DNA of 64,000 nt from a virus (IMGVR_UViG_3300028392_000038:51973-115972), one strand, 5' to 3'; counted from the first letter of the stretch, positions 49,671 to 58,611 are shown. Translations and numbers: made by a program. Notes: generated from the letters alone by a model not told the origin.

Positions 49671-49998
49671 ATTTATTTAATATTTTATATGATATGTATG
49701 ATAAAAGATAAATTGTGGCTAAATTGATTAAACTACTAAACAATAGTATATCAATTAGAACAACCCAAAAACAAAAACATGGTTTACAAGTAAATAGTTC
49801 TACTATAAAACTTGTATGTTTTATTCTTAGAAAATTTAAATAATCCGCCTTGGGGTTATTTATCTTATAATCATCAAAATCATTTAATTTGAATAATTTA
49901 TTTAATCTAAATAGTTTACAGTAGCTTATAAAAGCGTCTGTGTTAAACCATAAAAATAAAATTAGGTTTATCCAAAAAATTTGACTTACAAAACTCAT
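49657..49998 (-). CDS. membrane protein with CxxCxxxW motif (DUF1360-like)
   Basis: LFTCKPCFCFW; hydrophobic segments. Confidence 0.5.
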   Translation of the reverse strand: MSFVSQIFWINLILFLWFNTDAFISYCKLFRLNKLFKLNDFDDYKINNPKADYLNFLRIKHTSFIVELFTCKPCFCFWVVLIDILLFSSLINLATIYLLSYISYKILNKYVYQ

Positions 49999-50028
49999 AC
50001 CAATTATATGATAAGATTAGATAATAGT

Positions 50029-50175
50029 TTATCTACCTTGTCCTCTATAAACCTTCTTATAGTTCTTAGCTTTTCTATTTTTAGAAGTTTTAGTTTTAGC
50101 GTGTACTCCAGATCTTCTTATTTTTGGTTTACTTAAAAATGATCTTTCATTGGATGTTTGTTTTGCCTTAGCCAT
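50029..50175 (-). CDS. small very basic protein (48 aa) ending YRGQGR
   Basis: MAKAKQ...RRSGVHAKTKTSKNRKAKNYKKVYRGQGR; ATG at 50175. Confidence 0.65.
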   Translation of the reverse strand: MAKAKQTSNERSFLSKPKIRRSGVHAKTKTSKNRKAKNYKKVYRGQGR

Positions 50176-50243
50176 AGTGGTTAAATTATTTTTCTTATAT
50201 ATAAAAAATAATATATAATTTTTACAAAAATTAATCACTACAT

Positions 50244-50948
50244 ATGAATAAATTAATAATTTTATTATCATCTCTACTCTTATCAATATCAATTAATGCT
50301 CAAAAAGAAATCTCTTTAGATAATAGTTTATCAGGTAGTTTAAACCAAGGTAAATCCGGAAATATAATTGGTCTAAACTTTACAGGCAACAATTATTTTG
50401 ACTTTGGGAAACATATAGCATTAGATTTAGGCACAAACTACAACATACAATACATACCGGAACTTTCACAAAATGAACTAATTCAAAAAGCCAACTTTGG
50501 TTATAATAAAGAACACTGGGATTTATTCACAACTTATCAATATAACTACTCATTAATAAGAGAAATTCAAGCAGATAACTGGCTAGGTATTGGCGGTGGA
50601 TTTAAAGAAAAGTTTAGTTGGGGTAAAGCTTCTTTATCATACGCTTTTCTTTATCAGAACACAGATTATATGGTTGATCCTAATACAAATAAATTAAGAC
50701 ACTCTATCAGAGTTAAAATAAAAATAGAAAAGAAATTATTTGGATTTTCAACTGAATATTATTATCAACCAAATATTAAAGACTTCAATGATTGTATAAT
50801 TTATGGTACTACTAAATTGACTTTATTTCCTGGTAAACCTCTTAACTTTATTATGCAAGATCAGATGAACTTCAGAAGCACCAGTGATGTTAAAATGATG
50901 AACAATTTAACTTTTGGTGTTGCTTATAAATTTAATAAAAAAATGTAA
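50244..50948 (+). CDS. outer-membrane beta-barrel protein (DUF481-like)
   Basis: Sec signal ending INA-Q; alternating beta strands; terminal strand LTFGVAYKF. Confidence 0.7.
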   Translation: MNKLIILLSSLLLSISINAQKEISLDNSLSGSLNQGKSGNIIGLNFTGNNYFDFGKHIALDLGTNYNIQYIPELSQNELIQKANFGYNKEHWDLFTTYQYNYSLIREIQADNWLGIGGGFKEKFSWGKASLSYAFLYQNTDYMVDPNTNKLRHSIRVKIKIEKKLFGFSTEYYYQPNIKDFNDCIIYGTTKLTLFPGKPLNFIMQDQMNFRSTSDVKMMNNLTFGVAYKFNKKM

Positions 50949-51040
50949 TTTTTTACTAAACAAAGCAATATAAATTCGATATATAGAAAGATAATAATTT
51001 TTGAGTAGGATTAATTTCTTACTCAAAAAAAAAATTCTAT

Positions 51041-51871
51041 ATGAAAAACACATTAGCTTACAATTCTCTCGTACAAAAAATGAGAGACTTTTTTTTGCAA
51101 AAAAACTTCGTTGAAGTACCAACACAATCAAGACTGTCTATTTTAGCAGCTTGTGAAAATCCACATTCAGTAACAACATTTGAATACAGTGGAGAAACAT
51201 GGCCTTTACCACAAACTGGTCAAATGCACTTAGAATTTGAACTTTTAAAAAATCCAGAATGGGAAGGATGTTTTTGTATCTCAACATCTTATCGTCAAGA
51301 GAAAGATCCAATTCCTGGTAGACACGAATTAATATTTCCTATGTTTGAGTTTGAATCAAAAGGTGGTATGAATGAATTGAAAAAATTAGAATCTGAATTA
51401 TTAGAATTCTTAGGTTTTGATTCTCCAATTGAAAGAAACTATGAAGACCTATGTAGGGAATATGGAGGTGTTCAAATACTTGAAGATGAACATGAATCTA
51501 GAATGTGGAAGGAATTAGGACATTGTATTTCATTACAAAATTTCCCAATAAGAACTTCACCATTTTACAATATGCGTAGAAGTGATAAAGGAACTTTCAA
51601 TAAGATTGATGTTATCCTTTTTGGTCAAGAAACAATTGGATCAGCTGAGAGAAGTTCAGATGTTAAAACTATGAGAGAGTTATTCTACACTATTTCAGAT
51701 GGTGGATATGCTGGTAAGTTATTTGAACTATTTGGTAAGGAAAGAGTAGAGAAAGAACTTGACGAATTTCTAAGTTTAGATTTCTTTCCAAGATTCGGTG
51801 GAGGAATTGGTTTAACAAGAATGGCGAGAGCTATGGAACTGCTACAACAAGAGAAAATGGAATTAGTATAA
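51041..51871 (+). CDS. class IIb aminoacyl-tRNA synthetase catalytic-domain-only paralog (AsnRS2/EpmA-like)
   Basis: Motif 1 FVEVPT, motif 2 SYRQE...RH..FPMFEFE, motif 3 GGGIGLTRM; no anticodon-binding OB domain. Confidence 0.85.
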   Translation: MKNTLAYNSLVQKMRDFFLQKNFVEVPTQSRLSILAACENPHSVTTFEYSGETWPLPQTGQMHLEFELLKNPEWEGCFCISTSYRQEKDPIPGRHELIFPMFEFESKGGMNELKKLESELLEFLGFDSPIERNYEDLCREYGGVQILEDEHESRMWKELGHCISLQNFPIRTSPFYNMRRSDKGTFNKIDVILFGQETIGSAERSSDVKTMRELFYTISDGGYAGKLFELFGKERVEKELDEFLSLDFFPRFGGGIGLTRMARAMELLQQEKMELV

Positions 51872-51873
51872 TT

Positions 51874-51897
51874 AAAAGAGGAGAAATCCTCTTTTTT
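51874..51897 (+). terminator. intrinsic terminator
   Basis: AAAAGAGGA-GAAA-TCCTCTTTTTT. Confidence 0.8.
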
Positions 51898-51970
51898 ATT
51901 TTTCCTTTCCCCATGATATAAAAATTCAATTTTAATATATAATATATACATTATAAAAATTAAAATAATT

Positions 51971-52399
51971 ATGAAATACGTTAAAACATTCGAACAGTAC
52001 TCAGTTGTAAATGAGGAAGAAATACTTGGACTTGGTAAGCTTTTCAATAAATCCACTGCTACTGAGGTAGACTTATCAAAAACTGATGATGTTAAATTAG
52101 CAGAAGCTGTTAAAAAATATTTAGACTCTACTTATGAGGGTGGTAAAATTACCAAATCTAGTAGATGGGAAATTGTTAAAAGCAATAGAAAATTAATCAC
52201 CGAATCTGGTGTACCTGCTGAGTTAGTTGATAAAGTACTTGCTGTAATAGCAATGATTCAAAAAGGATTACCTTTATTTTCATTCATTCCCGAAGTTGCT
52301 GAAAAAAATCAAAAAGGACATTTATTAACATATAATAAAGAAACTAATATGTTAAAATTTACCGCAGCTTCAGAAAAAACTGTTAATCCAAACGGATAA
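51971..52399 (+). CDS. hypothetical protein with N-terminal tag
   Basis: MKYVKTFEQYSVVNEE. Confidence 0.7.
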   Translation: MKYVKTFEQYSVVNEEEILGLGKLFNKSTATEVDLSKTDDVKLAEAVKKYLDSTYEGGKITKSSRWEIVKSNRKLITESGVPAELVDKVLAVIAMIQKGLPLFSFIPEVAEKNQKGHLLTYNKETNMLKFTAASEKTVNPNG

Positions 52400-52404
52400 T
52401 AATT

Positions 52405-52433
52405 AAACCCCCACTTATTTAGTGGGGGTTTTT
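52405..52433. terminator. intrinsic terminator between convergent genes
   Basis: AAACCCCCACT/AGTGGGGGTTT. Confidence 0.8.
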
Positions 52434-52436
52434 ATT

Positions 52437-52874
52437 TTAAACATTTTCTAAAATTAACTTATCAAAATCATTGATAGAGGTAACACCCTTAACTAAAATT
52501 TTATCTAAGATATCATCAACCTCAACATTATTCTTATAAAAGTTAGTAACTAATTCATTAATCATATCAGTCATATCAATATCATCATCACCTAAGAAAT
52601 CAGTTTTAATATCATTACACAAAAAAACATCTTTTGTTAAATCTTCAAAAGAGAAATCAATAGATAAATTAATGTAGTTTTCAACTAAGTCTTTGATTGT
52701 GTAGTCATCAACAACACAGAACATAGAAACCATTTTATTCTCATCTACAAATTCAACATACTCGAATTTTGAGTAAATCTTTTCTAGGATTTGAAGTTGA
52801 GCAGGATTAGCAACTGATGCAATATTTTCAATTTCATCTTGTGTATGTTTTGTTGTTACTTTAACTAATTTCAT
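52437..52874 (-). CDS. hypothetical protein with C-terminal DUF6576-like domain
   Basis: VDDILDKILVKGVTSINDFDKLIL. Confidence 0.6.
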   Translation of the reverse strand: MKLVKVTTKHTQDEIENIASVANPAQLQILEKIYSKFEYVEFVDENKMVSMFCVVDDYTIKDLVENYINLSIDFSFEDLTKDVFLCNDIKTDFLGDDDIDMTDMINELVTNFYKNNVEVDDILDKILVKGVTSINDFDKLILENV

Positions 52875-52903
52875 AATTCGTAGTGTTAATTATTTATTCT
52901 ATA

Positions 52904-52935
52904 CAAATATAAAGCAAGATTTTTCATTTACCAAA
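52904..52935 (-). promoter_or_regulatory. Bacteroidota-type promoter (-33 TTTG and -7 TATATTTG)
   Basis: Minus strand reads TTTGgtaaatgaaaaatcttgcttTATATTTG. Confidence 0.7.
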
Positions 52936-52947
52936 TTTATTTTGATA

Positions 52948-53142
52948 TTAACTAACATATGATTTTAATATTTCTACTGAACCATTTTGATATCCTCCAA
53001 ATAAATCTTTCCTATCTAGTGATGCTCTACTAACACCTAACTCACTATTATTATATTTAGTGAATACTTTACCTAAATTAACAAAGACTTCAATTCTACC
53101 AGATAACTTCCAACGAATACATATTACGGTTTGACTTCTCAT
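52948..53142 (-). CDS. small hypothetical protein
   Basis: 64-aa ORF following the phosphoesterase. Confidence 0.55.
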   Translation of the reverse strand: MRSQTVICIRWKLSGRIEVFVNLGKVFTKYNNSELGVSRASLDRKDLFGGYQNGSVEILKSYVS

Positions 53143-53145
53143 AGT

Positions 53146-53895
53146 TTAATCTCTTTCATTCCAAAGTTCACCAACATTTAACAATCTGTGTTTAGTACCA
53201 TACATATTAAGAACATCGCTTTTGTGAAAGTGTCCATAATAGTGATGTTCAATATCATTATTTAGTTTAACAATTTGAAAAGCATGTGTCATTTGATTTC
53301 TCTCATACATCAAATCTGTTTTTAAATTAACATCACCAGTATCTTTTATAATTCCATTTACGAAAGGACCTAATCCCATTTTATTATCAGGAAAACAATA
53401 ATCAGGAGCTGTGTGAGTTACCATAATATTAATATCCTTTAAATCTTTTAATTTATCAATATCAAGTTCAAATACCTCATCAGGCCACCAGCTTTCTTGA
53501 CCCATAGTTGGAGTTGTATAAGTTCCAAGTTTTTGAGCCTTAGTATATCTCCACATACGATCTACGCTGACTGCTCCACCAATACAAAGAATATTTTTTC
53601 CTTCTAAATTAAGAACAGTATAGTCTTTTACTAATTTAATATTAGTGAATTCAAATGGATCATTATCAAAGTAAGGTTTGTAATCATGGTTACCACGAAT
53701 AGCCCAAACAATGATATTATTCTTAACGAGAACATCATGTGTCATTTGTAGTAATCTTTTTTCTTTTTCAAAGGTATTAAACCCAACTCCGAAATCACCT
53801 ACTTGAATTATATGAGCATCTTTTAAGCCATACATTTTAATGTATTGATTGATAAGATTGAAATTACCGTGTATATCACCGAGATAGAATATCAT
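53146..53895 (-). CDS. calcineurin-like metallophosphoesterase
   Basis: GDIHG, VGDFG, RGNHD, THTAP, YGHFH. Confidence 0.9.
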   Translation of the reverse strand: MIFYLGDIHGNFNLINQYIKMYGLKDAHIIQVGDFGVGFNTFEKEKRLLQMTHDVLVKNNIIVWAIRGNHDYKPYFDNDPFEFTNIKLVKDYTVLNLEGKNILCIGGAVSVDRMWRYTKAQKLGTYTTPTMGQESWWPDEVFELDIDKLKDLKDINIMVTHTAPDYCFPDNKMGLGPFVNGIIKDTGDVNLKTDLMYERNQMTHAFQIVKLNNDIEHHYYGHFHKSDVLNMYGTKHRLLNVGELWNERD

Positions 53896-53925
53896 AATTT
53901 TATATAGTTTCTAACTAATTATATA

Positions 53926-53957
53926 CAAATATACTAAATATTTTCATAAGTAACAAA
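53926..53957 (-). promoter_or_regulatory. Bacteroidota-type promoter (-33 TTTG and -7 TATATTTG)
   Basis: Minus strand reads TTTGttacttatgaaaatatttagTATATTTG. Confidence 0.7.
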
Positions 53958-54084
53958 TTTGTTTTTAATATTATGTAAATAACAGAGAAGGTAAATAAAA
54001 TTCATACTTTGTTTTTAATATATACAAAAAAATGCAGAATTAATATAATAAGCATTAAAATGCTAGAACAAAAAAAGAAACAAA

Positions 54085-54513
54085 ATGATAGATTCAATTT
54101 TATTAGTAGATGATGAAGACTTATTTCACTTAGTATTTGAAGACGCATGTAGTCTTCTAGATATTACATTATCACTACAAAGTTTAAAAAGTTCAGATGA
54201 AGCTGAAATTCTTTTCAAAAAGTGGCTTAAAGAAGGAACAGGAAAACCAGAATGTGTATTTGTTGACTTGAATATTATTGGATCTTTTGATGGTATAGAA
54301 TTAATTAGAAAGATTAATTTTGAATATGGTAATAGTGTTGTTATTGGTATTATATCTTCATCAAATCAATCCGATGATCAAGCCAAGGCAATTAAAGCCG
54401 GTGCTCAATTCTGGATTATAAAATCAGATGAGATAGAACCAAGATTAGAAGAATTTAAAAAAGATTATGAAGGGTATAAAAAAAGAACTGCTCCTTTTAA
54501 AGTTTATAAATAA
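54085..54513 (+). CDS. stand-alone response regulator receiver domain
   Basis: ILLVDDE, FVDLNI (phospho-Asp), DGIELI, ISSS, WIIKS. Confidence 0.88.
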   Translation: MIDSILLVDDEDLFHLVFEDACSLLDITLSLQSLKSSDEAEILFKKWLKEGTGKPECVFVDLNIIGSFDGIELIRKINFEYGNSVVIGIISSSNQSDDQAKAIKAGAQFWIIKSDEIEPRLEEFKKDYEGYKKRTAPFKVYK

Positions 54514-54517
54514 TTAA

Positions 54518-55258
54518 ATGATTAAAATAGATAAAAAAACCAAGGACCAATTACTTGATATGCACAAGACTAAAAAAATTAGTCTTGAAGGAAATATTTT
54601 AAAGGTAATTGATACTGATGGTGATGTAGAATTTGAATCCTACATCAAAGAATCTATTGAAAAAGATAAAGATAATCGTAGAAAAAGATTAGATATAACA
54701 AAACAAATTCAAAGTAGAAATACTGATTTACTTAAATCAGAAAAAGAAAATGAAAGAGTAAATAGACAATTACAAAAAGCAGTAGATGAAGCGGAAGCAC
54801 AAAAAAATAAAGCCGAAGAACTTTTACTTGTTAGTAAACAACATTTCCGAAATGCTGAGAAAAAAGAAAAAGAACAAAATGTTGCTTTACAAAAAGCATT
54901 AGATGATGCCACATTAGCACATCAAGAGGCATATAGTTTAAGATTAACTGCAGAAAAAGCAAAAGAAGAAGCTGAGAACGCAAAGAAAGTAGCGATTGAT
55001 GATTTAGAATTAATGCAAAAGAAAACTCAATTTGAGTTAATTGGTAGTATAGTTAAAGTAGCTCTTTGGGTTATTTTAGGGGTTGGAATAACCACAACAA
55101 TTGTTTATGTTATAACCTTATTTGCTGGATTCAAAACAGATGTAATTGGATCTTCATGGGTAAATATAATGAGTATCTTATTAACAAACGCATTCAGTAT
55201 CATTGGTACCTTAATGGGTATGAAAACAATGAGTGATAATAAAGACAAATCTAATTAA
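54518..55258 (+). CDS. coiled-coil protein with two C-terminal TM helices
   Basis: Long heptad region, then two hydrophobic segments. Confidence 0.7.
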   Translation: MIKIDKKTKDQLLDMHKTKKISLEGNILKVIDTDGDVEFESYIKESIEKDKDNRRKRLDITKQIQSRNTDLLKSEKENERVNRQLQKAVDEAEAQKNKAEELLLVSKQHFRNAEKKEKEQNVALQKALDDATLAHQEAYSLRLTAEKAKEEAENAKKVAIDDLELMQKKTQFELIGSIVKVALWVILGVGITTTIVYVITLFAGFKTDVIGSSWVNIMSILLTNAFSIIGTLMGMKTMSDNKDKSN

Positions 55259-55473
55259 TCATTCCACAATTCAAATCTCTTCTGACCATCTTCAGTTAAT
55301 CCATTCCAAGATTCTAATGGTCTAGCATAGTAAGATCCAAATAAAACAGACTTATAAATAACTAAAATCTCTTTACTTTCTGTATGAGGAGCCATAAATA
55401 GGAATTCATAAATACCACCTTTATAATGTTTATATAAGGCACTAGGTATAGGATATTCTAATTTTTCATTCAT
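55255..55473 (-). CDS. DUF1653 protein
   Basis: YKHYKGGIY...HTES.E.LVIYKS....YARP. Confidence 0.85.
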   Translation of the reverse strand: MNEKLEYPIPSALYKHYKGGIYEFLFMAPHTESKEILVIYKSVLFGSYYARPLESWNGLTEDGQKRFELWND

Positions 55474-55474
55474 A

Positions 55475-55927
55475 TTATTTATTCATTAAATATTCAACAA
55501 CAGTTTCCCAATTGGGGAACTTTTCTGTTTTAAAGTGAATCCATTCTCCTTCAAATTCTTCTTGACCAGCATTACCCATATCATCAATAAGATAATCACC
55601 TTTTAAGAAAGATTTATTAGGAGCCATAATTGTTTTCTCTACAATATCAAAACCTAAGTGATCCCAAATCCATTGAGCTTTCTCAGTATAACAATTTACA
55701 TTTTTGAAAGAAGGTCTTGTAAGAATCCACAAATCATATTTTTCTTCAAGTTTTCTGAATCCTTCAATAGCACCTGGGATTTCTTCTAGTTTCAAAAAGA
55801 ATCCCCATTGTGATTGTGGATATTTTTGATTTGGATTTTCTATAAGAGCTTGTTTAGCGGCTTTGTAGAAGTTACAAAGAACACCATCCATATCCACGAA
55901 CACTCTTTTTTTATCTGACGTTTTCAT
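55475..55927 (-). CDS. 5'(3')-deoxyribonucleotidase (HAD, NT5C-like)
   Basis: VFVDMDGVL, EKAQWI, NKSFLKGDYLIDD. Confidence 0.88.
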   Translation of the reverse strand: MKTSDKKRVFVDMDGVLCNFYKAAKQALIENPNQKYPQSQWGFFLKLEEIPGAIEGFRKLEEKYDLWILTRPSFKNVNCYTEKAQWIWDHLGFDIVEKTIMAPNKSFLKGDYLIDDMGNAGQEEFEGEWIHFKTEKFPNWETVVEYLMNK

Positions 55928-55931
55928 ACTA

Positions 55932-55939
55932 CAAATATA
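55932..55939 (-). promoter_or_regulatory. -7 promoter element TATATTTG
   Basis: 4 nt before ATG 55927. Confidence 0.65.
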
Positions 55940-55944
55940 CGGAT

Positions 55945-56166
55945 TTAATTTAGAATTTTATCTATTTTTTCATCTCTTCTTGATTGTAACCAGTCTTCAT
56001 ATCTTCCTTTACTAACAAACTCACCACCTCCGTTATTAAATGTAAGGTGGATATCAATACCTTCAGATCCGGAAAAATTGTTTAAGGTGTAATAAAGAAC
56101 ATTTATATCCTCTTTATATCTTAGAGATTCGTGTGAAAATTTATTTAACAATTCCAAAGTTATCAT
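55945..56166 (-). CDS. small protein with C-terminal RDEKIDKIL tag
   Basis: 73-aa ORF. Confidence 0.7.
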   Translation of the reverse strand: MITLELLNKFSHESLRYKEDINVLYYTLNNFSGSEGIDIHLTFNNGGGEFVSKGRYEDWLQSRRDEKIDKILN

Positions 56167-56504
56167 TATCTCACTATTTTATTTAATTTGACATCTCTAT
56201 CTCTTCTTAGTATCTCACTATTAAAAGGTATCCAATTCTCATCAAATCTATACTTATAAATTTTATCATCATCTTGCCAAATTACATAAGAAGAAAAATT
56301 AACTTGATTACCAAGATAATCTATACCTGTAAAGGCTCCTTTATGTATATTTTTACCAAAACCGTCTCTTTTAAGTTCGATTTCTGATATTATATCTAAT
56401 AGTTGATTAAAGTCTATATCAATTTCTATAATCTCTTCCCCGGTGGTTGATATATAATCACCTGATTTAAGAAACTTGGCTTTAATTATTTTTTCGATTT
56501 TCAT
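56166..56504 (-). CDS. small protein with C-terminal RDVKLNKIV tag
   Basis: 112-aa ORF. Confidence 0.7.
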   Translation of the reverse strand: MKIEKIIKAKFLKSGDYISTTGEEIIEIDIDFNQLLDIISEIELKRDGFGKNIHKGAFTGIDYLGNQVNFSSYVIWQDDDKIYKYRFDENWIPFNSEILRRDRDVKLNKIVR

Positions 56505-56505
56505 A

Positions 56506-56968
56506 CTATCTCATTATTGTTTGTAATCTATCCGGTCCAACAGATACTCTTGTTATTGGGCAATTTGTTTCTAATTGAATAAAAGCAATATAATCTTTAG
56601 CTTCTTTTGGAAGTTCTTCAAATACTTTACAATCAGAAATATCTTTATTCCAACCTTTCAACTCAACATAAATTGGTTCAATTGGAACTGAAACATCAAA
56701 TGGAATAGTATCTTTATAAAAATCACCATCAACATTATAACCAACACAAACTTTGACAGTCTCAAACTCACTTAGAATGTCTAATTTCATTATATTAAGT
56801 TCAGTGACACCATTTATCATACAAGAGTATTTAAGAGCAGGTAAGTCAAGCCAACCACATCTGCGAGGTCTTCCTGTTGTAGCACCAAACTCAGAACCAA
56901 TCTTTCTCATTTTCTCGCCAATTTCATTATCCAATTCAGTTGGAAAAGGATAATACGTCTACTTTCAT
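56506..56968 (-). pseudogene. purA: adenylosuccinate synthetase with large internal deletion and frameshift
   Basis: ATG at 56968 gives MKVDVL, joined out of frame to PFPTEL...EFGATTGRPRRCGWLD...KLDIL...SVGPDR. Confidence 0.85.
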
Positions 56969-57364
56969 TTATTTTATTATTTTTTCTAATTTATAATTTC
57001 TATCCCATTGAGTCATTAGACTCAGAAGGTGTTCATTTACAAATGAGTCCTCTAAAGCTCTATCTTTATTTAATTCAAACTCTTCAATAACAATTTCTCT
57101 AAAGTTCAATATATCATTATATTTAGCATGTCGGTGTGAGTATTCTTCTGACTCTTCCCATTCATCACCATATTCTAAATCTGTTTCACTTGGAACCCAG
57201 TCTTTTGGTTTGTTGAAAACACTATACATCTTTTCTTCATAGAAGTCTTTCCATTTTTTAGCAACATCTTCTGCTAATTTTTTATCAGTAAATAGACCAA
57301 TAATTTTCCAGCTTGTTGAATCGTAGTTCTCGAAGTGAGAACGAACTATATAAATACTATCCAT
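56969..57364 (-). CDS. hypothetical protein with C-terminal RNYKLEKII tag
   Basis: 131-aa ORF. Confidence 0.7.
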   Translation of the reverse strand: MDSIYIVRSHFENYDSTSWKIIGLFTDKKLAEDVAKKWKDFYEEKMYSVFNKPKDWVPSETDLEYGDEWEESEEYSHRHAKYNDILNFREIVIEEFELNKDRALEDSFVNEHLLSLMTQWDRNYKLEKIIK

Positions 57365-57854
57365 TTAGTAAATCATCTAAGTTAGAATCTCTGATAACAC
57401 CTGATTCTTTCATAACATCATCCCATATTTCTATGAAATTCTCAGAGTTAATTTTCTTAGTAATATCTTTAATATCATCAATTAAGTCATTATACATATT
57501 ATCATCTTTATAAAATGATCTTTTGTTGTATCCGTGATTTACACTAAACCCATCTTTAAATACCTCAATTCTTAAATAGTTTTCTTCATTAAATAGTTGA
57601 TTCGGTTTTAACTTACTACTCTTGATTAAAGTAAGGTCTTCAGTGGATATAGATATTCTAGAATCACTTACATCAAATCTTAAATTGTTTTTATAATTTG
57701 ATAATGATAAAATCATTTTTTTGAATTTAGAACTAACCTCCGAATCATATTCACACCAAGTATACTCATCTATTTTTTCAGCCATTGGTGAATTATAATT
57801 CCTAATTTCATCAGTAATTATTTTAGCTATTTTTTTTAAATCTTTCTTTTTCAT
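57357..57854 (-). CDS. hypothetical protein with C-terminal RDSNLDDLL tag
   Basis: 165-aa ORF. Confidence 0.7.
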   Translation of the reverse strand: MKKKDLKKIAKIITDEIRNYNSPMAEKIDEYTWCEYDSEVSSKFKKMILSLSNYKNNLRFDVSDSRISISTEDLTLIKSSKLKPNQLFNEENYLRIEVFKDGFSVNHGYNKRSFYKDDNMYNDLIDDIKDITKKINSENFIEIWDDVMKESGVIRDSNLDDLLNG

Positions 57855-58303
57855 TTCTTTTCAATTGGGTTATAGTTATAGGTAACTATAATTTTATATC
57901 TTACTTTATACTTAAGTCTAAAAATATTAAACCTAATCCAATATCTTTTTATATCAATGGTAATTAAAACATCTTTGAACACTATATTTTTCTTTTTCAA
58001 GAATTTTATATAACTAGTCATAAAATGATTTACATCTTCATCATATATATAATCATTTAATAAAAGAGTGTCTATATAACTTGACCTAATAAACTTATTA
58101 TCAGTTTTATCTAAAGTGATAAAGATATCACTAAAAGATTGTAATTCACAATCACAGTTTGATTTTGATTCCATTTTTTTAGAACCTAAGCCTTCAAAAT
58201 AATGATATAAACCATCTTCAATACTCATAGCAAAATAACTATCACTGTTTTGTGAAATAAGATTTGTAGTTATAAGGGAGAGGATAATAATTAGTTTTTT
58301 CAT
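57851..58303 (-). CDS. putative secreted protein
   Basis: Signal-like MKKLIIILSLITTNLIS-Q. Confidence 0.55.
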   Translation of the reverse strand: MKKLIIILSLITTNLISQNSDSYFAMSIEDGLYHYFEGLGSKKMESKSNCDCELQSFSDIFITLDKTDNKFIRSSYIDTLLLNDYIYDEDVNHFMTSYIKFLKKKNIVFKDVLITIDIKRYWIRFNIFRLKYKVRYKIIVTYNYNPIEKK

Positions 58304-58611
58304 AATAATTTTTCTAAGTTATAATTTCTTAATTCAATTTTTGACCATTGTATAAATTTCGGATCAAATCCATATATCTTATTCAATTCTTGATACAAAG
58401 TTGTAAAATCTAAATCTTTTAATTTATGACAAGCAAACAAATTAACACCACCGAATGTAAATTCAACCCATTGTTCTTGTTCGCCGTGTTTATATCTAAC
58501 TATATCAACTTCAACCTTACCCATACTAAATCCTTTATATGAAGTTCCTAATGCTTGAACTTTGAAAAGCCCAGATGTTATTAAATAATCTTGTAATTCT
58601 TTCTGACTCAT
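58300..58611 (-). CDS. hypothetical protein with C-terminal RNYNLEKLL tag
   Basis: 103-aa ORF. Confidence 0.7.
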   Translation of the reverse strand: MSQKELQDYLITSGLFKVQALGTSYKGFSMGKVEVDIVRYKHGEQEQWVEFTFGGVNLFACHKLKDLDFTTLYQELNKIYGFDPKFIQWSKIELRNYNLEKLL

